64,000 nt of DNA from the NCBI RefSeq assembly GCF_009914755.1, contig NC_060929.1. The stretch is one strand, 5' to 3'. The position numbers and the translations under genes were made by a program. Below, piece by piece: positions 43,885 to 57,431 of the stretch. The notes beneath the pieces are model-generated. The model was not told where the DNA came from and ran no database searches. It was given only the letters and a program-made list of their open reading frames with translations. Within the stretch, counting starts at the first letter, position 1, and the number at the start of each line of letters is the position of its first letter. The stretch is from the human T2T-CHM13v2.0 reference genome, Homo sapiens.

Positions 43885-44400
43885 TCATCATTCAATAAGT
43901 ACTGAGCATGTCTTATGAATCCACTCTTCCAGGTACTGCAGTAGTGTTCACCCTTGGGAAGCTTACGTTCTAGTGTGAGAAGACAAACAATAAACAAAAT
44001 AAATAAATAAGCAGTAAGAATATGAGACAGTGATAGTGCTATGGAAAAAAAAAAACATTAAAGAAAGAAGGGGAATAAAGGAAAGACAGGTAAATAGGAG
44101 ATGTTCAATTTCAACTACATTGGTCAGAAGAACCCTCACTGAGAAGATGACATTTCAGCAAAGACTTAAAAGAGATGGAAGAGTAAGCTTTAGTCATCTG
44201 GTGGAAGGGAATTCAAGGCAAAGTACAGAGCAAGTGAAGAAGCCCTAAGTCAGAGCGTGCCTTGTTTGTTGAGGAACTGCCGTGAGGCCAAAGTGGCTGA
44301 GCAGAGTGAGCAAAGGGAAGAGAAGAAGAGGTCAGAAAGATAAGAGACAGCCAGATTATGAAGAGTCTCCTAAGCCGCAGGCTTTTACTTGGGAGGGAAA
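43885..44400 (-). mobile_element. L2 (L2a-like) 3' region
   Basis: ttcatcattcaataagtactgagc..agcttacgttctag..cctcactgagaagatgacattt..gtggctgagcagagtgagc. Confidence 0.75.
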
Positions 44401-45134
44401 ACATTATCTAGTGGTTGATTTTCTTTGCATCGCTACCCACCCAGCCTCTTCCCCTGGCCTGGGCCAAGTAATGGGACAGTCTCACAGCCAGTCACCAGCA
44501 AGCCTGTTCTTTACATCCGAAGAGAATAAGTCCATTCTGTGGTGCCCACAGACCCTTCCACCATCTTTGCATTCCTTTTTCTACAATAAAACAGAACCAC
44601 AGACAAAACAGAATAATTACTGACATGGAAAAGTCCCTAAACCTTTGAACAAGATCACTGAGTCTAACAGACTAGAAGATCGTAGGTGGAGTGGGGGAAG
44701 GAGGATACTTATATTAAATGGCTGCTCTGAGCATGTAAGCATCTTTGCATGACAACTTCCATGACTTCATCTCAACCCCTACATAATGCTTATGGGTAGT
44801 AAATTTCATTTCGTTGAAATGTTTTTTTCCACATATTTTGTAAACATTTCAAATAAATGCCAAGTTTGGGATTCAGAACTTAGATTTTTTTGGTTTATTT
44901 CTATTTCCAATTCACAATTTGATATCAAAGTCCCAATTTGGTTGAAAATATTCTCCAATGAAGAACCCCACTCATATTTGAAACAAAACCACAAAAATTA
45001 AATTTGACAGGGAAACTTCATATTAAGATAAAGGCCAATTTTAGAAACTGAGCAATTAATAACCTTTAAAATCTTTGCTCTAAACAATTGTGATTTATAA
45101 GAAATCTGAAATCTTTGAATCAATGAAATTTTTA

Positions 45135-48100
45135 AACTGTTTTATTTAGGTAATTCATACAGTGAAATTCCAGACCTTAAGTAAATATAAACAGCTATGT
45201 AACCAACAACCAAATAAAGATATAGGAAATTTTTATCTCCCCATCAAGGTTCCTCACATGCACTTCAGGTCAATCCCTTGTAACCCCAAGGCAGCTACTG
45301 CTTTGATTTCAAAATCTCACCATAGATTAGTTTAGCATATCTCAAATTTCATATCAACGGAATCATATAGTATGTAATCTTTTGAATCTGGCTTCTTTTG
45401 CTCAACATAATGTTTCTGAGATTCATTCATATTATTCAGTATATCATTAGTTCATTCATTTTTACCGACAAGTAGTATTTTATTGTATGGATATACCACA
45501 GTTTGTTTCTTCATTGTCCTACTGATGGACACTGTGTCATTTTTAATTTGGGGCTTATGAATAAGCTGCTATGAACATTCTTGTACAAGTCTTTTGTAGA
45601 CACATGCTTAAATTTTTCCTGGGTAAAAAACGTAGGAGTGGAATTGTGCAGTTACAGAGGTTATTTACGTTTAACTTTATAAGTACCCGTTTCCCAAACT
45701 TATGCCATTTTACACTCCCACCAGTAACGGGCGGGAGATCCAATTTTTACATATCTGCACAAATATTTAGTGGTGTGAATCTTTTTTAACAAAAGCCATT
45801 CTAGTTCTTCTGAAAGGCTATCTCTTTGTGGTTTTAATTTGCATTTCCCTGATGACAAATAATTTTGACCCCATTTACATGTGCTATTTGCCTGTCTTCT
45901 TTCTTTCTTAAGTGCTTAATCTAGTCTTTTGCCCATTTTTATAGAGTTGTCTTTTTGTTATTGATATGTAGGAATTCTTTACATCTTCTTGATAGAATTG
46001 TTTGGCAGATACATTTTTTAACAAACATTTTATTCCAGCCTGTTGCTTGCCTGTTATTTTCTTAGTGGTGATTTTTTTTATTTTCAGGAATTTATCATTG
46101 TGATGGTTTAGTTTAATATATTTTTAAAATCTTATAGTTTATGTTTTTTGCATTCTAAGAAATCTTTGCCTGTCCCAAGTTCACAATGATATTCAGTTTT
46201 CTTCTAGAAGCTTTATACTTTCATCTTTAAGTTTCTACTTCATCTCAAATTAATTTGTGCCTAGTGTGAGGAAGGAGCTGAGATTCATTTTTTTCTTTAT
46301 ACATTTACCCATTTGTTCCAACATCATTTGTTGAAAATATTTGCCATTCCCCCATTGAAATGCAGTGGCATCTTGGTAGAAAATCAATTTACTATATATA
46401 TTTGGATTTGTTTCTAGACTTTCTATTCTGTAACATTGATATTAATATATTTTTCTATCCTTGTGCCATAATACATTATCTTAATTACTGTAGTTTTATT
46501 GTAAGTCTTAAAATCAGATACTTTACTTCTTCCAATTTGCTCTTTCTCAAAATTATTTTGGCTCTTCTAAGCCCTTTTCACTTCTATACAAATTATAGAA
46601 TCAGCCATTTTCTCCAGAAAAGAAGGGAAAATGATACAAATTTTTATTTGAATTGTATTGAGTCTATCTATAGATTAATTCAGGCAGACATGGCATCTCA
46701 GTCCTCATTCCTGCCTTTATTTAGGTTTTATTTAACTGCCATCAGCATTGTTTAAAAGTTTGCAGAAATAGAGATCTTGAACATCTTTTGCTATGTCTAT
46801 TCTATTCATTTTATGGACTTTGTTACCATGCTATTGTTTTCTTAAATTTTATTTTCAAATTATTGATTGCTATAATGAGGAAACACAAATAACTTTAAAT
46901 TCTGACTTTGTGTCCGTGACTTTACTAAATCACTTTTAATTAGTTTCAATAGTTTTTATATAATTTTATGAACATTTTCTACCCACATTATAGCATCTGC
47001 AAATAAAAATAATTATAATTTTTTCTTTTCAATCCTTTTGCCTTTCATGCTTGTTTGCTTGTTTGTTTGTTTTAGCCTTATTACACTGCTAGGACCTCCA
47101 ATACAATGTTGAATAGAACTGCTGAAAGTGGACATTAATGAGAGTAGACATTCTTTCCGTCTATCAGAGTAGACCCTCATTTTAGGGTAACCCTGTTCAG
47201 TTTTTTACCATTAAGTGTGATGTAAGCTGTAGAGGTTTTTTTGCAAGATGCTATTTATTACACTGAAGAAGTTTTTTCTGTTCTCATTGCATGTCTTTTA
47301 ATGTGGGTCTGTTGATAATGAAGTCTCTCAAGTTTCATTTATCTAAAAAATTCTCATTTCACTCCATTTGTAAAGAATATTTCTCCTCATATTGAATTCA
47401 AGGTTAACACCTTATTATTTTTTTCTTTCTGAATTTAAAGGTATCATTTCATTGTCTTCTGACCACCATTTTTTCTGATGAGAAATCCGTCATCAATCTT
47501 ATCATTGTTCCTCATCATGTAATGCTTTTTTTTTTCTTCCTTTCTGTCTTTTTATTTCATTCTTTTAAAATCTCCCCCTCTGGCTGCCATTTACATTTTC
47601 TCTTTGTCTCTTTTTTTCAGCAAGTTGATTATTATACACCTGTATTTTCTTTCTGTTTTGTTTTGCTTTTATCCTGCTTGAATTGAATCTATAGAAGAAT
47701 GTTTTCCACCTAGTTTTAAGAAATTTGGGGCCAATATTTCTTCAAATAATTTTTTTCCTGCCCCACTCTTTTTCTCCTTTCCTTCAGGAAGTTTATTTCC
47801 ACATATCTTAGACTACCTGCCACTTTTCCACAGATCATTGAGGCTCTGTTCTCCCATCATTTTGTCTCTCTGTTCTTCAGTTTGGGTAAATTCTATTCAC
47901 TTTTCTTGAAGTTCACAGACTTTTCTGCACTGTTCAATATGCTGTTAGGACTACTCAGTGCAGTTTTATTTCAGATATTGTGTTTTGCAGTGCAAGAATT
48001 TCCATTGGTTCTTTTGCACATTTTCCATTTCATGCTGAGATTCCCCATATGTTCATTCATTTTGACCATTATTTCCTTTAAGTCCTTGAACACATTTACA

Positions 48101-49020
48101 ATAGCTGTTATAAAATCCTTGTCTGCGAATTCCAAAATCTTGGCCAGTTCAGATTCATCTCAATCGATGGCTTTTCTTTTCGTTATGGTTATAATGTAAT
48201 GCTTCTTCACATATTTAATCATATTTTATATGTTTGATATTGTGAATAATACATTGTAGGGAGTTTGGATTATATAGTTCTCTTTTAAATGATGGATGTG
48301 AGTGTAGTTCTGGCAGTCATATAATTTATTGGCAGATCCTCTTGATCTAGTCAGATGATTTTGAGTTTTTCTAGCATGGTTCTATTTCAGTGTATTCTCT
48401 AATTGAGAGTGTGGCCTTTGCTCTAAAATGTGGTCCTTGCTCCTAAATATGGTCTTTTGGGGGGTCTCAACTAAATACTCAGATGCACCATGTGGTTCAT
48501 CCACTTTGGTTGGAATAGAACTCAATGTCTCCCGGCACTTCATGACCTATGAGGGAGCTTCATTTAGTTTTTATACCCAGAGTTCCACTCTGCTATGTCT
48601 TTCAGTATATTACCCTACACATGCATAGCTCCACCCTTGGCCAAAGACCCCAGATAATGCTCCATGTAGACTTCTGGTCCTCAACCCTTACAGTGTTCTC
48701 CCCTCTGGAACCCTGGTCTACATATTCAAGCCACCTTAGCAGACTTAAATTCTGACCTCTCTGCCTTATTAGCAAGACTGAAACTCTCCTTGTGGGCCTC
48801 ACCTCCCTAAACCACAGTCTGGAACGTGTCACCAGTTAGAAGGCTGGGGTGAAAATGAAATTCAGCTCATGTCTTTCCTTCCAAGGATCACAGCCTTCTG
48901 ATGCCTATTTACAATGCCTAAAAAATATATACTCATATAGTTTGTCTAGTTTTATAATTATTTACAGCAGGAAGTTAACTCCAACACCAGTGACTCTAAT
49001 ATGTCTAGAAATAGATATTC
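45135..49020 (-). mobile_element. Old L1M (L1ME-like) remnants: 3'UTR/ORF2 joined to ORF1/5' region
   Basis: T-rich reverse L1 (ggaatcatatagtatgta, gtggttttaatttgcatttccctgatgac, aatacaatgttgaatagaa). Switch to ORF1-like sequence near 47285. Confidence 0.8.
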
Positions 49021-49636
49021 CATCAACTGATAACTGATCACTTTATGATCTTGTGCCAGAGTTCACTCCTTCTTCTTCAGTTTCCCCATTTTATCAAAAT
49101 TGCAGATTTTCTGTAAGGGGCTTACCTCCTTTAAGATCCCAAGATTCCGTAATCTCTTGCCACAGAGGTTTAAGAGTGTCTTGGGTCACAGTCTCATTCC
49201 CTTTAAATGTATGAGTGGATTTATTAAGTGCCAATATTTGCTGTGACATTTTGACCTTTCCTAGTCAGCACAGGTGTGGTATGATTTTTGAAAAAGTAAA
49301 TAAATGAATATTCTGGGTTTCCTTAAAAGCATCATATGTAAGAACATTCATACAAATCTACCACATCATTGCACTGGGGTAGAAATAAAAATCACCCCAA
49401 TTTTTCCCATTTAAATTGAAAGGTTAGCACCAATTTAATCGAGGGTTGTATAGGTTAATGACTAGAATATTGGCAATGTACCTGAAGTTTCTTGAATGAG
49501 AAGGACCTGTAAATGTAAAAGATAATTTTCCATACTCAAATATTATAATACTATGTATATGTGCTATGAGGTAGAATGAAAAGAAAAAATTAAAAAAAAC
49601 AGTTAATCACCTGGTATACATTCAAATATGCCAGGA

Positions 49637-49683
49637 ACACACACACACACACACGTGCACATGCACACACACACGCACACACA
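49637..49683. repeat. Imperfect (CA)n with unbroken purine-pyrimidine alternation (Z-DNA-prone)
   Basis: acac..gtgcacatgcacacacacacgcacacaca, 47 bp of RY alternation. Confidence 0.85.
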
Positions 49684-50405
49684 AATATCAGTTACTGTGT
49701 ATGCCTTTCATGAAATGGTAAAATAAACTTACCAGTCTTGCAAAAGACTAGGATTGATAAGCTACTTAACAAATACCCATTTCTTTTATTTCCCTTTTTG
49801 TCTTTTCTTCCTTCCCTTATACACTCAAATATAAATGTCTATATAAAGGGCTTGGGGGCAAGAAAGCTTTTGCACTTATAAAATCCTTTACTTAAAAGCT
49901 TTAACCTTTCTTTTGTCTAAGAGCAGTTGAAGGTTATCTTGATAAACATCGTGTGTGGAAAACACAACTTTTTCTTGCATTAAGCATTTTTGGTGAAATA
50001 TTTTTAAACTTCATGTAGTCATTTCAGATGATCTAAAAGAACCCCAGAGACAATAAAAGAAGAGCACATCTGTTATCCTTTCTGTTAATATAAGTGTCTC
50101 ATTGTTTCACATCCCTCAAGGCATATTTCCACATAAAACATGACAGGGAAAATGAGTAGTGAAGACTGGAGTGCAATGTCTGGGTTTGTGAACATCCCGC
50201 ACAATGACCATCGGTCCACTTATGAGATGATCTGCTAACAATACCAAAAATGAGCAGTGACAACCACAAAGGACTATTAAACAACAGAGATGGGCATTAG
50301 ACACTGAAGGCTTGATGGAGAGAAGGAATTTACCAACCCTGCTCCTAGGACTTGCAAGGCCTCAGGGCACAGTTCACAACACTTTTTATGTTTCTTTCTC
50401 TGCAG

Positions 50406-50516
50406 GGTGAGAAAACCAGTTTCAGGGCAACTTTTGACCTTGAGAGAAGCGTGAGAATTTTTAGGTGTCCAGTTTTTTGAGATGGAGATGTTTTGAAGTT
50501 GCTTATAAATATGCAG
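50406..50516 (+). other. Candidate 111-nt non-coding exon
   Basis: Acceptor tttatgtttctttctctgcAG, donor CAG|GTAAAG. Stops in all three frames. Confidence 0.3.
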
Positions 50517-51149
50517 GTAAAGGAACATTTCTGTTTACAGGCAGTCCTTGCATTGCTCGATGGTGTGGAACCATAAAAATGACCATGCAAGCTGAAATCA
50601 CACATGTCATGTTAATAACCAATGGGGAAAATTATTATTGTTCTGTGACCTTTAAGATTTTTGTCAAAATAAAAAACTGTCTCTTACTGTCAAGTGTAAA
50701 TATAGAGATAAATGAAAATAATAAAAGAGCCTGTCCTTCCAACCAAGGAGGTGAAGGATCTCTATAAGGAGAACTACAAAACACTGCTGAAAGAAATCAT
50801 AGATAACACAAACAAATGGAAAAACTTTCCATGCTCACAGCTTGGAAAACTCAATATCACTGAAATGGCCATACTTCCCAAAGCAATCTATAGATTCAAC
50901 AGTATTCCTGTCAAATTACCAACATCATTTTTCATGAAATTAGAAAAAAAATTCTAAAATTCATATGGAACCAAAAAAGAGCTCAAATAGCTAAAGCAAT
51001 CATAAGCAAAAAGAACAAAGCCAGACGCATCACATTGCCTGAGTTCAAGTTACATTATAAGGCTACAGTAACCGAAACAGCATAATACTTGTACAAAAAC
51101 AGATGCATAGAGCACCAAGGACAGAATAGAGAACTCAGAAATTAAGCTG

Positions 51150-51240
51150 CACACCTACAACCATCACACCTACAATCCTAAATCACACCTACATCACAAT
51201 CCTATATCACACCTCAAATCAAATCACACCTACAACCATC
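51150..51240 (+). repeat. 75-bp patchwork duplication of local L1 sequence
   Basis: CACACCT at 51150, 51165, 51184, 51208, 51225. CACACCTACAACCATC at both ends. ACAATCCTA twice. Confidence 0.85.
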
Positions 51241-52002
51241 TGATCTTTGATGAAGTCAACAAAAATAAGGAATGGGGAAAGGACTTCCTATTCAATAAAT
51301 GGTGCTGGGATAGCTGGTTAGCCATATACAGAAGAATGAAACTAGACCCCTACTTTTCACCATATACAAAAATTAACTCACAATTAATTAAAGACTTAAA
51401 TATAAGACCTCAAACTATAAAAATCCTAGAAGAAAACCTTGGAAATATCATTCTGGACATCAGCATTGGCAAAGAATTTATGACTAAGTCCTCAAAAGCA
51501 ATTGCAACCAAAACAAAAATGAGAAAGGGGACCTAATTAAACTGAAGAGCTTCTTCACAGTAAAAGAAACTATCAACAAAGTAAACAGACAACCTACAGA
51601 ATGGGAGAAAATATTCACAAACTATGCATTTGACAAATGTCTAATATCCACAATCTATAAGGAGCTTAAACAATTCAACAATCAAAAAACAAATAGCCCC
51701 ATTAAAAAGTGGGCAAAGGACATGAACAGACACTTCTCAAAAGAAGAAAACAAGCATATGAAAAAAAAATCATCAGAGAAATGCAAATCAAAACCATGAG
51801 ATGCTACTGCATACCAGTCAGAATGGCTATTATGAAAAAGTCAAAAAATAACAGATGCTGGTGAGACTGCATAGAAAAGGGAATGTTTATACACTATTGG
51901 TGGGAATGTAAATTGGTTTGGCCACTGTGGAAAGCAGTTTGGAGATTTCTTGAAGAACTTAAAGCAGAACTACCATTAGACCCAGCAATCCCATTACCGG
52001 GT

Positions 52003-52715
52003 TCATATACTTTGGATATTAATCCCCTCAAAAATCTCATGTTGAAATATAATCCCCAATGTTGGAAGTGGGGCCTGGTGGGAAGTGTTTGGGTCATTAA
52101 TGTTGTGGTACTCTCCTTGCAATAATGAGTGAGTTCTTATTCGGTTCATTCACTTGAGATACGATTTTTTTTTTTTTGAGACAGAGTCTCACTCGTCACC
52201 CAGGCTGGAGTGCAGTGGTGCAATCTCGGCTCACTGCAAGCTCCACTCCAGGGTTCATGCCATTCTCCTGCCTCAGCCTCCCAAGTAGCTGGGACTACAG
52301 GTGCCTGCCACCACATCCAGCTAATTTTTTGTATTTTTAGTAGAGATGGGGTTTTGCCGTGTTAGCCAGGATGGTCTCGATCTCCTGACCTTGTGATCTG
52401 CCCACCATGGCCTCCCAAAATGCTGAGATTACAGGCGTGAGCCACCACGCCTGGCCAGAGATACGATTGTTTAAAAGACTTTGGAACCTCCTCCTTCTCT
52501 CTCTTACTCCCTCTCTTCCAATGTTGACATTGCTACTCCCTCTTCACCTTCCACCATGAGTAAAAGCTTCCTGAGGCCTCGTCAGCAGCTGAGCAGATGT
52601 TGGCGCCATGCTTTCTGTGTAGCCTGTAGAATTGTAAGCCAATGAAACCTCTTTTATTTATAAATTACCAAGCCTCAGACATTTCTTTATAGCAACGCAG
52701 AAATTGACTAACACA
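52003..52715 (+). mobile_element. MSTB-like MaLR solo LTR inserted in L1, split by AluY
   Basis: aaatctcatgttgaaat..aatccccaatgttgga..aaaagcttcctgaggcctc..gactaacaCA. Degenerate 5-bp TSD cgggt/tggga from L1 tgggt. Confidence 0.88.
52167..52456 (-). mobile_element. AluY nested in MSTB
   Basis: AluY diagnostics. TSD GAGATACGATT at 52156-52166 and 52458-52468. Confidence 0.95.
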
Positions 52716-53050
52716 TGGGAATATGCCCTGAAGAAAATAAACTGTTTTATCAAAAAGACACATCCACTCACATGTTCATCAAAGTATTATTCACAATAGC
52801 AAGGCATGAAATCAACCTAGATGGCCATCAACAGTGGATTGGATAAAGAAAATATGGTATATACACACTATGGAATACCATGCAGCCATAAAAAAGAATG
52901 AAATCATGTCCTTGGCAAAACATGAATGTAGCTGGAGGCCATTATCCTAAGTGAATTAACACAGGAACAGAAAACCAAGTATTGCATGTTCTCACTTATA
53001 AGTGGGGGCTAAACATTGAGTACCCATGGACATAAAGATGCGCACAATAG

Positions 53051-55484
53051 GAAGTCCTAGCTAGAGCAATCAGACAAGAGAAAGAAATAAAGGGCATCCA
53101 AATTGGAAAGGAAGAATTCAAATTATCCTTGTTTGCAGATGGTATAATCTTATATTGGGAAAAACCTAAAGACTTCACCAAAAAGCTATTAGAACTAATA
53201 AGCAAATTCAGTAAAGTTTCAGGATAGAAAATCAACATACAAAAATCAGTAGCATTTCTGTATGCCAACAGTGAACAACTTGAAAAAGAAATCAAGAAAG
53301 TACTCCCATTTACAATAGCTACAAATAAAATAAAATAACTGGAAATTAACTTAACCAAGACATGAAAGATCTCTACAATGAAAACGATAAAAACATTGAT
53401 GAAAGAAATTGAAGAGAACACACACACAAAAGAAAGATATTCCATGTTTTTGGATTGGAAGACTCAATATTGTTAAGGTGTTCATAGTACCCAAAGCAAT
53501 TTATAGACTTAATGTAATTCCTATAAAAATACCAATGACATTCTTCACAGAAATAGAAAGAACAATCCTAAAATGTATATGGAACCACAAAAGACCCAGA
53601 ATAGCCGAAGCTATCCTGACCAAAAAGAACCAAACTGGAGAAATCACATTACCTGACTTCAAATTATACTACAGACCTATAGGAACCAAAACAGCATAGT
53701 AGTGGCATAGAAACAGACAAGCAGACCAATGGAACAGAATAGAGAACCCAGAAACAAATCCTTACATCTACAGTGAACTCAATTTCAACAAAAGTGCCAA
53801 GAACATACACTGAGGAAAAGACAGTCTCTTCAATAAATGGTGCTGGAAAAATTGGATATCCATATGCAGAAGAATGAAACCAGACCCTTACCTCTCACTG
53901 TATACAAAAATCAAATCAAAATAGATTTAAAACTTAAATCTAAAACCTCAAACTATGAAACTACTAAAAGAAAACATTGACCCAGCATTTTGGGAGGCTG
54001 AGGCGGATGGATCACTTGAGGCCAAGAGTTTGAGACCAGCCTGGCCAACATGGCCGTCTCTACTAAAAATACAAAAATTAGCTAGGCGTGGTGGCACACA
54101 CCTATAATCCCAGCTACTCAGGAGGCTGAGGCATGAGAATCGCTTGAACCCAGGAGGTGGAGGTTGCAGTGAGCTGAGATCACACCGTAGCACTCCAGCC
54201 TGGGCAACAGAGTGAGATTCTGTTTCAAAAACAAAAAAAAAAAAAAAGAAAAGAAAATATTGGGAAAACCCTTCAGGACATTGAACCAGGCAAAGATTTC
54301 TTGAGTAACACACTACAACCAAGGCAAAAATGAACAAATGGGATCACATTAAGCTAAAAAGCTTCTATGCAGCAAAGGAAACAGTCAACAAAATGAAGAT
54401 GCAACTCACAGAATCAGAGAAAATATCTGCAAACTATTCATATGATAAGGGATTAATAACCAGAATATATAAGAAGCTCAAATAACTCAAAAGGAAAAAT
54501 ATAATAATCTGCACCAAAAAATGGGCAAAAGATCTGAATAGACATTTTTCAAAAGAAGACACACAAATGGCAAACAGGTATATGAAAAGTTTCTCAACAT
54601 CACCGATCATTAGAGAAACGCACATCAAAACTACAATGAGATATGATCTCATCCCAGTTAAAATGGCTTTTATGCAAAAGACAGGCAATAACAAATACTG
54701 GCAAGGATGTGGAGAAAAGTGAACCCTTGTACACCGTTGGTGGAAATGTAAATTAGGACACCACTATGGAGAGCGGTTTGGAGGTTCCTCATAAATTAAA
54801 AATAGAACTACCATATGAACCAGCAATCCCACTTTTCTTTTAGGTATATACCCAAAAGAAAGGAAATCAGTATATCAAAGAGATATCTGCACTCCCATGT
54901 TGGTTGTAGCACTATTCACAATAGCCAAGATTTGGAAGCAACCTAAGTGTCCATCAACAGATGAATGGATAAAGAAAATGTGGTATGTATACACAATGGA
55001 TTACTATTCGGTCATAAAAAAGAATGAGATCCTGTCATTCGCAACAACATAGATGGAACTGGAGGTCATTATGTTAAGTGGAATCAATCAGGCACAGAAA
55101 GACAAACATCACATGTTCTCACTTATTTGTAGGAGCTAAAAATTAAAACAATTGAACCCATGGAAATAAAAAGTAGTTACTGAAGGCTGGAAAGGGTAGT
55201 GGATGGGGAGTGGGGGGAGTGGAAATGGTTAATGTATATAAAAATATAGTTTGATAGAATGAATAAGATCTAGTATTTGGTAGCTCTACGGGATAACTAC
55301 AGTCAACAATACTTTATTGTATATTTAAAAATAACTAAATGCTTGAGATGATGGATACCCCATTTACCCTAATGTGGGTATTACACATTGTATGGCTGTA
55401 TCAAAATATCTCATGTACACTGTAAATATATACACCTACTATGTACCCACAAAAATTAAAAATGAAAATGAAAATAATCAAGAA
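53051..55484 (+). mobile_element. 5'-truncated L1MA (L1MA3-like) inserted in the L1P 3'UTR
   Basis: ORF2 from gaagtcctagctagagc through L1MA 3'UTR (..tacacctactatgtacccacaaaaatt). 17-bp TSD, 14/17 match (53034-53050, 55485-55501). Confidence 0.88.
53981..54248 (+). mobile_element. AluS (Sx/Sz-like), 5'-truncated, nested in L1MA
   Basis: Starts cccagcattttgggagg. TSD AAAAGAAAA(C/T)ATTG at 53966-53979 and 54249-54262. Confidence 0.93.
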
Positions 55485-57146
55485 AAAGATGGGAGCAATA
55501 GACTGGAGACTACTAGACAGGGGAGAGATGGAGGGGAGAAGGACTGAAAAACCCACTGGGTACTATGCTCACTACCCAGGTGACGGGATCATTCATATCC
55601 CAAATCTCACCATCATGCAATATGTGGCAAACCTACACATCTACCTATGAATCTAAAATAAAAGTTGAATTTTTTTTTTAAAAAAAGAAAACAATAGAAA
55701 AATTAAGATTTATTTTGTTCTGTATGATTTGAAACATTAGAAACATTGAAAATGAAAGTGTTTAGTTTTGTAAAAATATGATCAAGAGTAATTTAAACAG
55801 TGTTTGCCTTTTATCATTGTATAACAAGATGTGAAGCAAATGTCTTTTCATGTCTTCTGACTTCTTATACTCTTTTGTAAGTTTGGGTCAGCTTCCAACA
55901 TTTTATCCTTTATGATCTAAATGTCATGTAATATTTCTAAGCATTCCATTAATATGGAGGGGTTTTTTGTGTTTGGGGTTTTGGGATTTTCCCCCACTAT
56001 CACTTCCTCTGGGACAGCTTCATCTTTTTGCCACAACCACTTTTGAATTACATTTCCAGAGTCATCACTTTGTGTTTATTTTCTCTACTTTCATCTTTAT
56101 TCACCATTCCCACTTTAATTATCTATTTTTGTAAAATGTCATGTGGACTGATCACTGGGAGACACAGAAACAACACAATGATGCACTTTGCTGTCTGGGC
56201 ATGGACTGAAGAGCAGGTGTGAGTGAACAATCACTGATGGAGTCTGAATAAAGTGATAAGACTGGTCACTGATTGTGATGTGCATCTGTTCTTTACATAA
56301 TGAAGAGCAGTGACGTGTGTACTCTAGACAATTACTCATGGTTAGTACACCCTGGTAGCTGAAATGTGAACCCTGTTGCTGGGAGACTGGGTTATTTAAT
56401 TAAACCGTGGTAACTGACATTCCTGCATATGGGAACCATGCAAAGGGAGGACTGCCTGTGTTTAGAGAATTGGTTATCCCATTGACTTGATTTGGCCTCA
56501 CTTTAATAATTAGGTATTTTCTTTCTGCTTTATTGGATTTTATAAAATTTCTAAGCAAAGGGTTGGATGGGCTATTTGGAATCTAGAGAGTACAAATCTC
56601 AGGCAAAACTCAGGTGTAGACGAGATAGAACTGTTCCACTTTTTACAGAACTTAATTTCTACTTCAAACCCTGTTCTACCAAGTGGCAAATTTAACATCA
56701 GTCAGTTCAGTACTCCCCTTAAAGTACACCTGCCTGGGGCTTGTGTCTGAATTCAAGAGGCTATCTAATGCCAGGACATGTGTAACATGGTAGGGGTAAG
56801 TGGGATTTCTGATCTTCAGTCATCATCTGTCAGCACCAGCATACAATGAGCAATAGTCTGCCTACCTGGACTTTGCTAGTCAGGGAAATCATGTCTTTTA
56901 CTTCTCATCTTGACTGCATGGCTCTTCAGGTGCCCTGATTCTTTGGGCAGATCTAGCAGCTTTCTCTGACCCTAGAAAAACATTTTGTGGATTTCCAAGT
57001 CAGGATGGAAGGCTCAGGGTCTCTACAGGAGTATCAGGTTCAGGCATCCCATTCAAGAAGTCCTCTGCTCTGTCCCTAGCATGGAAAAATCTCTCCCTGT
57101 ATCATGAAAGAAACAAGCAACATCTTGTGGCTTTTCTGAACTTTTC

Positions 57147-57431
57147 TTTTTTTGAAACAGCGTCTCACTCTGTTGCCCAGGTTTGAGTGCAGTGGCACAA
57201 ACATAACTCACTGCATCCTCAACTTCCTAGGCTCAAGCAATCTCCCACTTCAGGCTCCTGAGCATCTGGGACTACAAGCACACACCACTGTACCCTGCTA
57301 ATAGATATTTTGTAAAGATGGGAGTCTTGCCATGTTGCCCAGGCTGGTCTCAAACTCGTGGGCTCAAGCAATCTTCCTGCCTTTATCTTCCAAAGTTTTG
57401 GGATTACAGGTGGAAGCCACTGCACCTAGTC
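57147..57431 (-). mobile_element. AluJ
   Basis: Diverged dimer with J diagnostics (ggctcaagcaatc twice, catgttgcccaggctgg). TSD TTTCTGAA(C/T)TTTTC at 57133-57146 and 57432-57445. Confidence 0.92.

Larger units (their letters stand above)
50741..55686 (+). mobile_element. 5'-truncated old L1P (L1PA15-16/L1PB-like), interrupted by MSTB and L1MA3-like inserts
   Basis: ORF2 from aaccaaggaggtgaagg. 3'UTR resumes at ~55502 (gggtactatgctcactac..gtgacgggatcatt..tgaatctaaaataaaagttgaa). Confidence 0.88.
50538..56458. mobile_element. Tigger13a-like DNA transposon split by ~5 kb of nested retroelements (arms ~50538-50727 and ~55690-56458)
   Basis: Perfect 11-bp TIRs CAGGCAGTCCT / AGGACTGCCTG with TA left and TG right. 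The two arms are collinear parts of one recalled consensus. Confidence 0.85.

Noticed and set aside
50385-50412. Recursive splice site
   Set aside because: The acceptor AG is followed by G-GTGAGA, one base off the required AG|GT.
51150-51240. CRISPR-like repeat-spacer array
   Set aside because: Repeats are 7-16 bp, irregularly spaced and copied from flanking L1; eukaryotic context, no cas genes.
50712-54694. L1 ORF2-like peptides (50712, 51336, 53409) as an active reverse transcriptase system
   Set aside because: Fragmented by stops, frameshifts and nested insertions; dead 5'-truncated L1 copies.
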